Source of the DNA: an uncultured Acidobacteriota bacterium
GTDB lineage: Bacteria > Acidobacteriota > UBA6911
Assembly: GCA_963721405.1 (NCBI GenBank)
Contig: CAVRJA010000002.1
Location: 115,580-179,579, forward strand
Length of the DNA: 64,000 bases
Reading direction: 5' to 3'
Both the position numbers and the translations under genes were made by a program. The notes beneath the pieces were generated by a model, which saw only the letters and a program-made list of their open reading frames with translations, did no database searches and was not told the origin of the DNA. Positions 9,365 to 19,873 of this stretch are shown here, in pieces (the stretch's first letter is position 1; every line of letters starts with the position of its first letter).

Positions 9365-9654
9365 GCAAAGCGTTCCTTGCTCTTCCCCCAAAATCTCAAC
9401 TCCGAAATCCTCGCTGCCGTACCCTCCGCTTTCCTCCCTCCCTCCCTCCTCCAATTTCCGCTTGTACTCCCGGATGGAAATGCTTATAAGTTCACCCAAG
9501 ATTAGCAGACGTCAAGGGAACGTTCCGCCTCACGCACCGGGTGACTGCTCGGAAATTGTGCACGCTGTAGATCCGCTTCAGAACCTGCCCTTGCGAATTC
9601 GATGGCATGGATCGCCATCCTGGCATTCGGAATCAATTCCAAGGAGTACTGCGT

Positions 9655-12600
9655 ATGAAAAACTTGAAGTCCAATGCGATTAAAACGGCAGGGGCCGGGT
9701 GTGTCGCGCTGCTGCTGATGGTCTTGGCCTCGGCTCCAGTTCAGGCACAAACAGCTAACACCGGCACCGTCCTGGGCATGGTGAAGGACCCCTCCGGCGC
9801 CATTGTCCTGGGCGCCGACGTCGAACTCATCGACGCAGGCACCCAGGCGGTCCGGTCCACCGTAACCAATGAAGCAGGTCGCTACACCTTCACGAACGTC
9901 CGGCCCGGCACCTATTCCGTCACCGCCATAGCTCGCGGATTTCAAAAATCGGTTGTCACCGGCATGGCTGTGGAAATATCGAAGTCTTACACAATCGACT
10001 TTCAGCTCAAACTGGGGCAGGCGGGCGAGCAGGTAATAGTCACCGCCAGCGCCGGGGCCGAATTGCAGACGCTGGATGCCACTGTCGGAGACACGTTGGG
10101 GGGCCAGATGCTCATCCAGCTTCCCAGCATCGACCGCAATGTGGCCAGCCTGTTGTTGCTGCAGCCCAGCGCTACGCCGGTGGAAGGGGAAGGCACCAGG
10201 AGCAGCCGTTATGGAGGGCAGGTCGCCGGTGCGCAGAGCGACCAGAACATGTTCGTGCTCGACGGCGGCAACGTCACGTCCGGCGTGTCGGGCAATTCGG
10301 ATTACTGGAACAATTTCAATGGCACGGCAGAAGGGGCGATTCCAACGCCGTCGGAGAGCATCCAGGAGTTCCGTGTCGGCACTACGAACCAGATGGCGAG
10401 TTTCAGCGGCGCCGGCGGCAGCCAGGTCATGATGATAACCAAACGCGGAACTGACAGGTACCACGGATCACTCTACGATTACCTGCAGAACGACAATCTC
10501 AATGCCAATTCCTGGCAGCGCAACCGGCTGAATCAGGTACGGCCGGAAACCCGGGATAACAGGTTTGGCGCCAGCTTCGGGGGTCCGATTCCGGGGCTTC
10601 GAGATCGCCTGGAGACCCAGTTTTTCTTTCACTACGAAGGGCGCCGGCGTCGCGACTACACGCAGGTGACCAGGACTGTTCCGTCCGACACACTCCGGCA
10701 AGGGATACTGCGATTCCGTGATGGGGCCGGCAACGTCCTTTCGTACAATCTGAAGTCATCGACCCAGTGCGGCGCCGGCGGGAACCTGCCATGCGATCCG
10801 CGAGGCCTGGGATTGGATCCGCTGATCAACGAGATGTGGTCCAAATACATGCCGGCCGGAAACGACTCATCGACCGGGGATGGTTTCAACACCATAGGAT
10901 TCAGCTCGCCGGTTTCATTGCCGAACGATTCCGATTTTGCCGTGATGCGGCTGGATCACGCGATTACCCAGAACTGGGCGATTACCGCCAGCTACCGGTT
11001 TTATACCGAACAGCGCACCGAGTCGCGCCAGACCGACATCGGCGGCTTTGTCTCGGGAAACCAAAAAGGACAGGCCGCGTCGACGGCTGTGATTCCCCGC
11101 GAACCGCGCTTCCTCGTGTTTGATTTGACCGGGGCATTCACCCCTATGCTCACCAGCGAGACCAATTTTAGTTACCTGCGCGATTACTGGTACTGGCAGA
11201 CCGACAGTGCGAGGCCTCAGTTGTCGGGAGCCGCTGCCGCGCTTTCCTTGCCCAACGATATGACTCCGACCAATCTCACCATCGGAAACATCCGCCAGCG
11301 CGAGTGGCGGGGGCACCATTTCGGTTTCAACGAGAACATGGCTTGGGTGAAGGGAAACCATCTGCTGCAGTTCGGAGGATCCGCCCGGCGCAACGCCATC
11401 CAATTCTGGCGTGATGACCAGCAGTCGGCTCTCACAGTGCCGATGTACTTCATTACGTCCGGGAGCGGCATCAATATTTCCGCCTCCTATAGGCCTCCGG
11501 CGTGCAGCGGTTCCGTCACTACCAACTGCCTCCCCTCGGCACAGACCAGCACCTGGAACAGTCTTTATGCTGCGGCCTTGGGTTTGACAGACCGGGCAGT
11601 ACAGGTAGGCACTCGTGACGGTAGTCTCAACGCTAACCCGATCGGGACGCCTCCCAAGGTCAACAAACACTACCCTGAATTCAGCCTCTATCTGAACGAT
11701 TCATGGAAGGTCAGCTCTTCGCTGACACTGAACCTCGGATTGAACTGGAGCGCCGACCTTCCCCAGACTGAGGTGGATGGCAAGGAATCGCTCGGATATT
11801 ATCTGAGCGGCGAGCTGATCAATCCCGGTAACTACCTGTCGCAGCGACGGGACGCGGCTCTACAGGGGAAGGTCTTCAGCCCGGCGATCGGGTGGAAGCT
11901 GATCAACTCCACCGATCGGAAATATCCGTACGATCCCGCTTGGACCAACTTCGCCCCGCGCGTGTCGATTGCCTGGAATCCGAGCTTTTCCGACGGCATC
12001 CTGCGCAAGTTGTTCGGCCAGAAGAAAACGGTGATCCGCACGGGATACGCGCGATTGTATGACCGGTTGAACGGCGTCCACAAGGTGATCAATCCCATTC
12101 AGGTCTATGGCTTCAGCCAGGCTCTGCTCTGCCTCGGCCCGTCGATCGGCGGCAGTTGTCTCGGCACTTCCGGCGTGACTCCCAACACCGGCTTCCGCAT
12201 CGGGATCGACGGCAGTTCGATCGACCTGCTTCGGTTTTTCCCGTCGACTGCACCGACCCCCATGGTGCCCGGCGTCACGGGCTTCCCCGGTGCAAACCAG
12301 GCGGCTGCAAATGATTCGCTGCAGATGTCTCCGAACTACAAGCCGGCGACTCACAATTCATTTACTCTATCTTTGCAGAGAGAGCTGCCAGGGCGCTCCA
12401 TCCTGGAGATCGGCTACATCCACCGTTCTGCCCGCGACCTCACCACCGGAGTTTCGCTCAACCAGGTTCCCTACTTCATGACATACGGAGGACAGAGCTT
12501 TGCCCTGGCCTTCGACAACATGGCCCTGGCGCTCAAGGCCGGCCAGACCGTGGCGCCTCAGCCGTTTCTGGAAACCATCCTGGCCGGCAGCACTTTCTGC

Positions 12601-13545
12601 GCCGCCCCGAACGCAAACTGCACTGCCGGTGTGCTGGCCCGATTCAGCGGAAACGTGCGGTCGTATCAGTACGCCACCCTCTTCAACAGCATCCAGACCT
12701 CGTTCGTGACCGGCCCGGCAACAGCACAGGCAACCCAGATTCTCGGGACCCTCAACTACTTCACTGATGTGGGACGATCCTGGTATGACGGCGGTTTCAT
12801 TTCCCTGAAGACGCGCGAGTGGCGGGGGCTGAACCTGAACGCCAACCTTACCTACTCCCATTCCCTGGACAATGGTGTAATCAACCAGGACGTCGATAAC
12901 TTCGTGACCAACTCCTACGATCTCGGTTACACCAGGGACAATTCCCTCTTCGACCGAAGATTCGTCTTCAATTTTCTAAGCACCTACAGCCTGCCCTCCC
13001 GTAAAGGTCCCGGCGCGCTCAATTACCTTATGCAGGGCTGGTCCATTTCACCGATTTTCAGCTGGTACAGCGGACTGCCGCTGCGGGTCACGGTAGGAGG
13101 CCAGGAACTGGAATCAGCAGGTGCCGTTCTCACTCAGGAAAACACCTTCGGCACCAGTGCGCAATTTGGCGTGACCGGAAATGCCACGACAGGCGTAGCG
13201 ACGGCCGGCAATCCCGCCACCGGCGGAACTGGAGTGAATCTCTTTGCCGATCCGAGTGCCGTTTTTGCGGCCTACCGTCCTGTTCTGCTGAGCCAGGATA
13301 CCAAGGTCAGCAACTACTCGTTGCGCGGCCAGAGCCGCTGGAATGTGGATATGAACATTGCCCGCAATTTCAAGTTCAAGGAGAGCGTCGAGTTCAGGTT
13401 CGCGGCTGCGTTCTTCAATATGTTCAACCACGTGCAGTACGCCGATCCTTCCTTCAGCCTTTCGTCGCCGCAGAATTTCGGCGTGATCACGTCTCAGCAG
13501 AATCAGCCGCGCCGCATCGAAATTGGCCTGCACCTCGTTTTCTAG
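9655..13545 (+). CDS. Giant outer-membrane TonB-dependent-receptor-like protein with an N-terminal CarboxypepD_reg domain
   Basis: The ATG at 9655 follows AAGGAG. Signal peptide ...ASAPVQAQT. GTVLGMVKDPSGAIVLGADVELIDAGT...TNEAGRYTFTNVRPGTYSVTA is a CarboxypepD_reg pattern. A long beta-rich body ends in ...IEIGLHLVF (terminal aromatic residue). Confidence 0.85.
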   Translation: MKNLKSNAIKTAGAGCVALLLMVLASAPVQAQTANTGTVLGMVKDPSGAIVLGADVELIDAGTQAVRSTVTNEAGRYTFTNVRPGTYSVTAIARGFQKSVVTGMAVEISKSYTIDFQLKLGQAGEQVIVTASAGAELQTLDATVGDTLGGQMLIQLPSIDRNVASLLLLQPSATPVEGEGTRSSRYGGQVAGAQSDQNMFVLDGGNVTSGVSGNSDYWNNFNGTAEGAIPTPSESIQEFRVGTTNQMASFSGAGGSQVMMITKRGTDRYHGSLYDYLQNDNLNANSWQRNRLNQVRPETRDNRFGASFGGPIPGLRDRLETQFFFHYEGRRRRDYTQVTRTVPSDTLRQGILRFRDGAGNVLSYNLKSSTQCGAGGNLPCDPRGLGLDPLINEMWSKYMPAGNDSSTGDGFNTIGFSSPVSLPNDSDFAVMRLDHAITQNWAITASYRFYTEQRTESRQTDIGGFVSGNQKGQAASTAVIPREPRFLVFDLTGAFTPMLTSETNFSYLRDYWYWQTDSARPQLSGAAAALSLPNDMTPTNLTIGNIRQREWRGHHFGFNENMAWVKGNHLLQFGGSARRNAIQFWRDDQQSALTVPMYFITSGSGINISASYRPPACSGSVTTNCLPSAQTSTWNSLYAAALGLTDRAVQVGTRDGSLNANPIGTPPKVNKHYPEFSLYLNDSWKVSSSLTLNLGLNWSADLPQTEVDGKESLGYYLSGELINPGNYLSQRRDAALQGKVFSPAIGWKLINSTDRKYPYDPAWTNFAPRVSIAWNPSFSDGILRKLFGQKKTVIRTGYARLYDRLNGVHKVINPIQVYGFSQALLCLGPSIGGSCLGTSGVTPNTGFRIGIDGSSIDLLRFFPSTAPTPMVPGVTGFPGANQAAANDSLQMSPNYKPATHNSFTLSLQRELPGRSILEIGYIHRSARDLTTGVSLNQVPYFMTYGGQSFALAFDNMALALKAGQTVAPQPFLETILAGSTFCAAPNANCTAGVLARFSGNVRSYQYATLFNSIQTSFVTGPATAQATQILGTLNYFTDVGRSWYDGGFISLKTREWRGLNLNANLTYSHSLDNGVINQDVDNFVTNSYDLGYTRDNSLFDRRFVFNFLSTYSLPSRKGPGALNYLMQGWSISPIFSWYSGLPLRVTVGGQELESAGAVLTQENTFGTSAQFGVTGNATTGVATAGNPATGGTGVNLFADPSAVFAAYRPVLLSQDTKVSNYSLRGQSRWNVDMNIARNFKFKESVEFRFAAAFFNMFNHVQYADPSFSLSSPQNFGVITSQQNQPRRIEIGLHLVF

Positions 13546-13564
13546 CTTAACGATGCACATGCCT

Positions 13565-13598
13565 TCAGGGGCGGAACCCTCCAGGGTCCCGCCCCTGA
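13565..13598 (+). terminator. Long hairpin downstream of the receptor gene
   Basis: tcaggggcggaaccct-cc-agggtcccgcccctga has 15 of 16 complementary positions. There is no clear T-tract. Confidence 0.45.
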
Positions 13599-13723
13599 GT
13601 CTATGCTCGCGCAACTCCGACCCCCGATTCGTTGTGCTGGGACGCTTGTTTGGAATATGATGGGCAAAACGACGTGCTGCAGACCATCGTATCGAGGAAG
13701 TCTCGTGAGGGAGGGGGGCTCAG

Positions 13724-14269
13724 ATGGCCGATGCGCTCAGGGTCCTCGTGCTGCTGATTATTGCCTATGTGGTTATCCAGATCATACTCTACGGATCGCG
13801 CATCAGGGGGAATCCCCTGGGAAAGCCCCCGATCGCATGGCCCGCGCTGGTGCTCGCAAAACTGGCCTTTGCCGTTTCCCTTCTGCTTTTGCTGTACGAG
13901 GCGGTCAGCGGGCGCGCGGATCTCTCTCCCGCGGCGATGGCACTGTCCGCCTGCCTCCTGATCGCCAGTGCGACGGTGTTCACATTTGCGATTTCAAAGC
14001 TGGGTGAGAACCTGCGCGTTGGTCTTCCCAATGAGGAGACTGCCCTCGTCACATCCGGCGTGTACGGCTATTCCAGGAACCCGATCTATCTCGCTCTCTT
14101 CTGCCTGCTGGGAGGCTCCCTCACCTATGCGTTCTCATGGATCAATCTGGCGGTCGTCCTGATTGCCGTGGTGTTTCATCATCGCATCGTGCTCGGCGAG
14201 GAGAAGTTTCTGGCGGCTCACTTTGATGATTTCGCGACCTATCGGCAAAGGGTCCGGCGCTACCTGTAA
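13724..14269 (+). CDS. ICMT/PEMT-family membrane methyltransferase
   Basis: RBS GAGGGAGGGGGG. Multi-TM protein. SGVYGYSRNPIYLA...HHRIVLGEEKFL...F..Y...V.RY is the family C-terminal signature. Confidence 0.75.
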   Translation: MADALRVLVLLIIAYVVIQIILYGSRIRGNPLGKPPIAWPALVLAKLAFAVSLLLLLYEAVSGRADLSPAAMALSACLLIASATVFTFAISKLGENLRVGLPNEETALVTSGVYGYSRNPIYLALFCLLGGSLTYAFSWINLAVVLIAVVFHHRIVLGEEKFLAAHFDDFATYRQRVRRYL

Positions 14270-14287
14270 GATCCGAACACGATCCGT

Positions 14288-15679
14288 TCAGTTCTTTTTC
14301 AGGGCCCTGCCGCCGGAGTGCAGGTAGAGCGTCCTGCCGTCCTTGCCGCGCACGATTACATACTGCTGTGCCCGCGCCGATCCGGCTTGCGCCGCGGAAA
14401 TCCGGTCCACGGCAATCTTACGCACCGGCAGGTCGGCGCCGCCGCGGCGCAGAAACAAATTGTCGCCCTTCCGCACGATTTCGACTCTCTGAGAAGGCGG
14501 ATGAGTGTAAATGCCGGGCAGGTCGCCTTTGTCCTCCGCGGTAATCGGCAGATCTGTCTCCGCCGCTTCCGGTGGCGCCGGCTTGAGAGGCAGCATGATC
14601 TCCATTGCTTTTGCGGCGGTCTTGCTCAGGCTGGCGCCGGTCCGGTTCGCGAGGATGATCACACCGAAGCGGTAATCCGGCGCCATCCAGATAAGGGATC
14701 CATAGCCCGAACGCGAGCCGCCGTGTTTGAGCGTGCGCACTCCCCGCTCCTCACGGATCTCAAGCCCATATCCGTACCGCGCCCCGCGGCTCCCCGGAAT
14801 CTCCACGTAAGGCGAGGAGAGCCGCGCGATCACGTTCGCTGAGATCGAGAGCCGGCCGTCGAGTTTGCCCCCGTTCACGAACGCAATCACGAACCGCGAC
14901 AGGTCGTGTACGTTCGAAAAAATCGATCCGGCGGGCCAGGACGCGGCGTTGTTCGCCGCGGGACGCACCACGACGGGCTTGCCGGCGCGCAGGTCGTGCC
15001 CCTGCGCCAGCGGGTAGGTCATCGCCATCGTGGGCCGCAGCGTGGAGCGGGACATGCCGAGAGGCGCGAAAACCCGTTCATTCATCGCATCGGCGTACGG
15101 CTTGCCGCTCAGGGATTCGACGATGAAGCCGGCAAACCAGTAGCCCGGGTTCGAATAGGAATAGACGTCTCCGGGAGTCGTGAAGAACCTGTCCCCTTTC
15201 CAGGGCCGGACCGTCGCAGCCAGCGCACTTTCGTCCTGGCTGCCGTACATGGGTGCCTCGTCGAAGAGTCCGGAGGTGTGAGTCAGCAGCTGGTGCGCGG
15301 TAATCGCCGCAATCTTCAGATCAAGACCGCTGACGCTGCGTCCGATCGGCTCGTCGAGTTTGATCTTCCCTTCCTCGGCCAGCGAAACCAATGCCAGTGC
15401 GGTAAACATTTTCGTAGTCGAGCCCAGCCGGAAAAGCATTTCAGGCGCCATCGGCATGCCATTGTCGAAATCGGAAATCCCGACTCCTTTTTCGTAGACG
15501 AGCCGGTCGCCGCTCACTATCCCGATCGCGGCGCCCGGAGTGTTCAGCTGGCGAAGTTCATCGATCGCGGCCTTCTCCACCGCGCTGAAGTCCGGGGCCT
15601 GCACGGCGGCAGCCGGCAACACGATGCCCAGAAAGAGTGCTGCCGCCAGCCAAACATGGGATTGTCTGCATCGTTTCAT
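14288..15679 (-). CDS. Secreted serine hydrolase (class C beta-lactamase / PBP-like family)
   Basis: Signal peptide, S-x-x-K (GSTTKMF), and Y-x-N (YSYSNPGY). Confidence 0.85.
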   Translation of the reverse strand: MKRCRQSHVWLAAALFLGIVLPAAAVQAPDFSAVEKAAIDELRQLNTPGAAIGIVSGDRLVYEKGVGISDFDNGMPMAPEMLFRLGSTTKMFTALALVSLAEEGKIKLDEPIGRSVSGLDLKIAAITAHQLLTHTSGLFDEAPMYGSQDESALAATVRPWKGDRFFTTPGDVYSYSNPGYWFAGFIVESLSGKPYADAMNERVFAPLGMSRSTLRPTMAMTYPLAQGHDLRAGKPVVVRPAANNAASWPAGSIFSNVHDLSRFVIAFVNGGKLDGRLSISANVIARLSSPYVEIPGSRGARYGYGLEIREERGVRTLKHGGSRSGYGSLIWMAPDYRFGVIILANRTGASLSKTAAKAMEIMLPLKPAPPEAAETDLPITAEDKGDLPGIYTHPPSQRVEIVRKGDNLFLRRGGADLPVRKIAVDRISAAQAGSARAQQYVIVRGKDGRTLYLHSGGRALKKN

Positions 15680-15916
15680 TGGACGGGCTCCTTCGAGTAT
15701 CGGTCACGGTATTCACTGGGACATGTGGTCCGCAATTTGAACTACATTCTAAATCAAAGCAGACTCCAGGCGGGCGCGAATAAACATCGCTTCCTTTCGG
15801 GCTTGCACTCGGGGTCCCAATATCGCATGTTTGTGCTGTCTGCCGTGCTCAGCGTGGTCTTTATGCTGGAAAATCCCGTTTAGACCGGAAAACGACTTGC
15901 CGCTTTCTGGTGAAAT

Positions 15917-16831
15917 ATGGAGCCAACCGTAATCGGGGTCGACCTGGGCGGAACCAAGGTCGAAGCCTGCCTGATGGATTCCAGCCGCACGCTGTTGTCC
16001 CGTTGCCGGACCTATTCCGAACCGGCCATGGGCATGAATCGAGTGATCGACAATATCTTCAAGGTCATCGCCGGCGCCGCGGACGGCAGGCCGTTCGCGG
16101 CCGCAGGCATGGGCACTCCCGGGACATACGTTCCCGTCCTCGATCAGCTGTTTGGATCTCCCCACACCCCCCTCTATGAAACCCCGGGATTCATTGGTTC
16201 CATACGTTCCAGGTTGGGTGTGCCGCTGGCGATTGATAACGACGCCAACTGCCTTGCACTGGCAGAGTATTTCGCTTCCTGCGCGGATCGATACAAGTTC
16301 GTTTTGGCGGTGATCATCGGCACGGGGATGGGGTACGGCCTGATGCTCGACGGCAGGCTGTATCGCGGCGCCAAGGGAGGAGCCGGTGAAATCGGCCACA
16401 CAACCGTGCAATACCAGGGTAGATTGTGCGAATGCGGCCGGCGCGGTTGTGCCGAGGCGTATCTCTCCGGGTCGAGCCTTACACGCCGGTTCTTCGAGGC
16501 GACCGGCGACTGGTTGGACGCGAAGGCGATCTTCGAGCGTTACGAGGCCGGGGATCCGGCGGCACAGCTCCTGTTCGAAGAGAGCGCTCACATTATGGGT
16601 GAAGTGTTCGCCAACGCCATCAATGCGTTCGACCTCGAGGCCATCATCCTCGGAGGGGGAGTCTCAAATCTCCCGATCTGGTATGAAAAAGTGCCGGGCT
16701 TCATGAATCGAGCGCTGTTCGGCCCTCCCCGCGGTTCGATCCCGATCCTCCAGGCCCGGCTGGGTGACTCGGCCGGTGTTGCCGGCGCCGCATACCTGGC
16801 ATTGCGTGACCTCGGACTGATGTCGTTTTAA
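15917..16831 (+). CDS. ROK-family sugar kinase
   Basis: IGVDLGGTKV, NDANCLALAE, GTGMGYG, GGAGEIGH, and the zinc motif CECGRRGCAEAY. Confidence 0.85.
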   Translation: MEPTVIGVDLGGTKVEACLMDSSRTLLSRCRTYSEPAMGMNRVIDNIFKVIAGAADGRPFAAAGMGTPGTYVPVLDQLFGSPHTPLYETPGFIGSIRSRLGVPLAIDNDANCLALAEYFASCADRYKFVLAVIIGTGMGYGLMLDGRLYRGAKGGAGEIGHTTVQYQGRLCECGRRGCAEAYLSGSSLTRRFFEATGDWLDAKAIFERYEAGDPAAQLLFEESAHIMGEVFANAINAFDLEAIILGGGVSNLPIWYEKVPGFMNRALFGPPRGSIPILQARLGDSAGVAGAAYLALRDLGLMSF

Positions 16832-17039
16832 ACCGGATCACCTTCGAGCAGGGTATCGATGCAACCGCCCAGGCTGTGCGCAAAAACTTAAGCATAGCCA
16901 CGAATTAACACAAATCATCGCGAACGAAATCAAGCGGCGCGCATTTCAGCTGAGAATTCGGCGCTATCCGATGCGTCGTGCCTGGCTGGAGAACAGCAAG
17001 GTTTCGGCAGTTTAAGATGAAAGGCGGCTGATTACGGTG

Positions 17040-17375
17040 ACCGGAAGCCTGTGGTCCCGTCCGGCGAGACTGTCTCAAAACTCGTACACCCGGCGATCTG
17101 CCCTCAATCCCAGCCCTGGAAGGGCTGGAGACAGTAGCCCCGGGCAAGCGAAGCGCCGCCCGGGGTAGTGGACGAGGGAGAAACCGAGTCCCGGCAGGGG
17201 CGACAGAAAACATCTGCAAACAAATGACTTCTGTCGCCCGGGGCTCTCACCATTTGCCTGGCCTGACCGGGGGCAGCGCCGCTGCGCGGCTAGCCCCTGG
17301 CTACTATCTCTGCGTCCCTCCAGGACGCCTGGCTTTGAGACTCTCGGCGGCCGGGACCTACTCTTGCGGCCGGCG
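17040..17375. repeat. Head-to-head inverted pair of a diverged ~150-bp repeat element around an 11-bp-stem hairpin
   Basis: The centre is gggcgacagaa-N20-ttctgtcgccc (17199-17240). Outward from it both arms share ttctgtcgccc..ccgggc.gcgc..gcccc.ggctact.tctc..tccagg..tgag..gagac..ctc.gc.g.cgggacc. Arm A is 17040-17215 read on the minus strand; arm B is 17228-17375 on the plus strand. Confidence 0.7.
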
Positions 17376-17381
17376 CGGAGA

Positions 17382-18779
17382 CTATATCTGTGGATCGCCG
17401 GCTGTGGGGAACTCCCTGGTGATGCCGTGCTTTTCCATGCGGTAGATAAAGGTCTTCCGGCTCAAATCCAGCAGTGCGGCCGCGCGCGTCTGATTCCAGC
17501 TCGATTTTTTCAGGGCCCAGAGGATCAGTTCTTTTTCGATGGCCTCCAGGCTGACTCCCATGGGGGACAGCTCGATGCGGTCGGTCTCTATCGCGGCCCG
17601 TTCGTGGCGCAGTTGCACGGGCAGGTCCTCGAGCTTGACTTCCCGGCCTTTTACCAGGACCACCAGCCGTTCGACGACGTTTTCCAGCTCGCGGACGTTT
17701 CCCGGCCATCTGTAATTGCAGAAGTAAGGTATCAGCGTCTGCGGCAGGATCAGGTCGTCGCGGCCGTGTTTTTCGCGGCTCCGGATGAAGAAGTGCTCCA
17801 CGAGTTCAGGGATGTCCTCCGGCCGCTCGCGTAGCGGTGGGATCTCCAGAGGAATCACCGCCAGACGGTAATAGAGATCTTCCCGAAAGACGCCGTCTTC
17901 CACCATGCGCAGCAGGTTGCGGTGCGTCGCCGTCACAATCCTGACATCGACCTGTTGGGTGAGGGTTGCGCCGATCTTTTCGATTTCGCCGTGCTGCAGC
18001 AGTCTCAGCAATTTGACTTGCAGGTTCGGCGGCAGGTCCCCGATTTCATCCAGGAACAGTGTTCCTCCCTCCGCCATCTCCACTTTCCCCTTTTTGTGCG
18101 CGGTCGCGCCGGTGAAGGCGCCTTTGAGGTGGCCGAACAGCTCGGATTCCAGGAGGTCCTGGGGAATCGCGGCGCAATTGATGGTAATGAAGGGATGGTC
18201 TTTGCGCGGGCTGTTGAAGTGAATCGCCTTGGCCACCAGTTCCTTTCCCGTGCCGGTTTCCCCGTGGATCAGGACGGTGGTGTTCGACTGAGCCGCGCGG
18301 GACGCCAGGTCCAGGACGTAGAGCAGCGGCCCGGAACGCCCGATGATGTTCTCGAACCCGTACTTTTCGTCGAGGCTGGACCGGAGCGTCCGCACTTCCT
18401 CCAGCAGGTGTTGGTGCGCGAGCGCCCGCTCGATGATCAGGTTCAACTCCTCGTGATTGACCGGCTTGGTAATGTAATCATAGGCGCCGGCCTTCATCGC
18501 ATCGACGGCGGTCTCGACCGTGCCGAAGGCGGTGGCTATGATGACGCTGATTTCGGGGAAGTCGGCCCGGATCTTCTTGAGGAGTTCCAGACCGGAGATG
18601 CCGGGCATCTTGAGGTCGGTGATCACGAGGTCCTGTTGAGACTCTTGCAGCATCTGCAGGGCTTTAGCACCGCCCGCGACAGCGCTGACCTCATAGCCTG
18701 CGAGTTCCAGCTGAAACTGGACGACGCGCCTCAGGCTCTCGTCGTCGTCGACCACCAGGATGCGCCCTTTGCTTTTCAT
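17382..18779 (-). CDS. Sigma-54-dependent response regulator (NtrC family)
   Basis: REC domain (ILVVDDD...DLKMPG), AAA+ Walker A GETGTGKE, GAFTGA motif, and a C-terminal Fis-type HTH (NQTRAAALLDLSRKTFIYRM). Confidence 0.9.
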   Translation of the reverse strand: MKSKGRILVVDDDESLRRVVQFQLELAGYEVSAVAGGAKALQMLQESQQDLVITDLKMPGISGLELLKKIRADFPEISVIIATAFGTVETAVDAMKAGAYDYITKPVNHEELNLIIERALAHQHLLEEVRTLRSSLDEKYGFENIIGRSGPLLYVLDLASRAAQSNTTVLIHGETGTGKELVAKAIHFNSPRKDHPFITINCAAIPQDLLESELFGHLKGAFTGATAHKKGKVEMAEGGTLFLDEIGDLPPNLQVKLLRLLQHGEIEKIGATLTQQVDVRIVTATHRNLLRMVEDGVFREDLYYRLAVIPLEIPPLRERPEDIPELVEHFFIRSREKHGRDDLILPQTLIPYFCNYRWPGNVRELENVVERLVVLVKGREVKLEDLPVQLRHERAAIETDRIELSPMGVSLEAIEKELILWALKKSSWNQTRAAALLDLSRKTFIYRMEKHGITREFPTAGDPQI

Positions 18780-19873
18780 GCGTCCTGCGCCAGGGGCAGA
18801 AGAATTGAGAAGGTCATGCCCCGATCCGGGTTGTTTCGCGCGCGCAGGATTCCGCCATGCTGGCCGACAATCTGGTGTGCGACCGCGAGTCCCAGGCCGG
18901 TGCCGCTTTCCTTGGTCGTGAAGAACGGGTTGAACAGCTTGTCCAGGTTTTCGGGATCGACTCCGCCTCCCTGGTCAATCACCTCTATCACGAGGCCGGG
19001 TTCCTCGGAACGGGCCGCGAGGCGGATCTCGCCTCCGTCCGGCATGGCCTGGATGGCATTCAGAACCAGGTTCAGAATCACCTGCTTCAGCTGCTCCCCG
19101 TCGCCGTCGAACGTCAGACCGGATGGGGAAACGTCCTTATGCAAGTGAATTGTCTTCCCCTCCGCGGCGTGCGCCACCAGGCCGATGACCGAGTCCAGAA
19201 GCGACTCCACTTTCAGCCGCTGCCGTTGCGGCGCGCGGGGCCGCGCGAAATCGAGGAGGTTCCCCAGCAGGCGGTTCAGGCGGCGGCATTCCTTCTTGAT
19301 GATTCCCAGGAACTCGACCCGATGCTCTTCCGTGACCTGCCCGCCTTCCAGGATCACGGCGGCGCCTTCAATGCTTGCGAGCGGGTTGCGGATTTCGTGC
19401 GCGAGACCCGCCGAAATATTGCCGATGGCAGCCAGCCGGTCGGCTCGTTTGAGGCGCTCGAAGCTGTCGCGCAGATCCTGGTTAGCCTGCTCCAGCTGCC
19501 TGGCCGTTTCCTCCAGTTGCGCGCGCTTCTCACGCTGCTCGTCCGCAAGGAGGCCGGTCGTCACGCCGACCAGGAAGAAGAGCACGATTTCCGCATACTG
19601 GTTGATCACATACCCGGGGAAATCGTGCCAGGCGGTGAGGATGTGCGGGATATAGCAGGCGGCCGACAGTGCCGCAGCCAGCAATCCGCCGATCCAGCCG
19701 AATGAGATCGCCGCATAGACGATCGGCAGGTAATAGAGGCGCTGGAAAATATTGTGCCAGAGAATCAGCGATGCCGGAGTGAGGTAGTGCGCAAGGCTCG
19801 TTCCAAGAATTCCCGCCACAACGAAGATGATCTGAATCCGATTGTTACCGCCCGGCTTCGTAAACATCGACAT
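18776..19873 (-). CDS. Membrane sensor histidine kinase, partner of the NtrC-like regulator
   Basis: H-box SAGLAHEIRNPL. N, G1 and G2 boxes (LNLVLNAIQA, DQGGG, GTGLGLA). Four TM helices at the N-terminus. Its TGA overlaps the regulator ATG (ATGA at 18776-18779). The start at ATG 19873 was chosen just before the first TM helix; the longer ORF to 20233 has no coding character. Confidence 0.8.
   Translation of the reverse strand: MSMFTKPGGNNRIQIIFVVAGILGTSLAHYLTPASLILWHNIFQRLYYLPIVYAAISFGWIGGLLAAALSAACYIPHILTAWHDFPGYVINQYAEIVLFFLVGVTTGLLADEQREKRAQLEETARQLEQANQDLRDSFERLKRADRLAAIGNISAGLAHEIRNPLASIEGAAVILEGGQVTEEHRVEFLGIIKKECRRLNRLLGNLLDFARPRAPQRQRLKVESLLDSVIGLVAHAAEGKTIHLHKDVSPSGLTFDGDGEQLKQVILNLVLNAIQAMPDGGEIRLAARSEEPGLVIEVIDQGGGVDPENLDKLFNPFFTTKESGTGLGLAVAHQIVGQHGGILRARNNPDRGMTFSILLPLAQDA

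Noticed and set aside
9502-10464. 320-aa ORF on the minus strand
   Set aside because: It is entirely antisense to the strongly supported TonB-type receptor gene. It has an Arg/Ala/Gly-rich composition typical of shadow ORFs in GC-rich DNA, and no motifs or RBS.
17922-19705. Plus-strand ORFs of 408 and 282 aa
   Set aside because: They are antisense to the NtrC-like regulator and its kinase, have no recognisable domains, and look like high-GC shadow frames.
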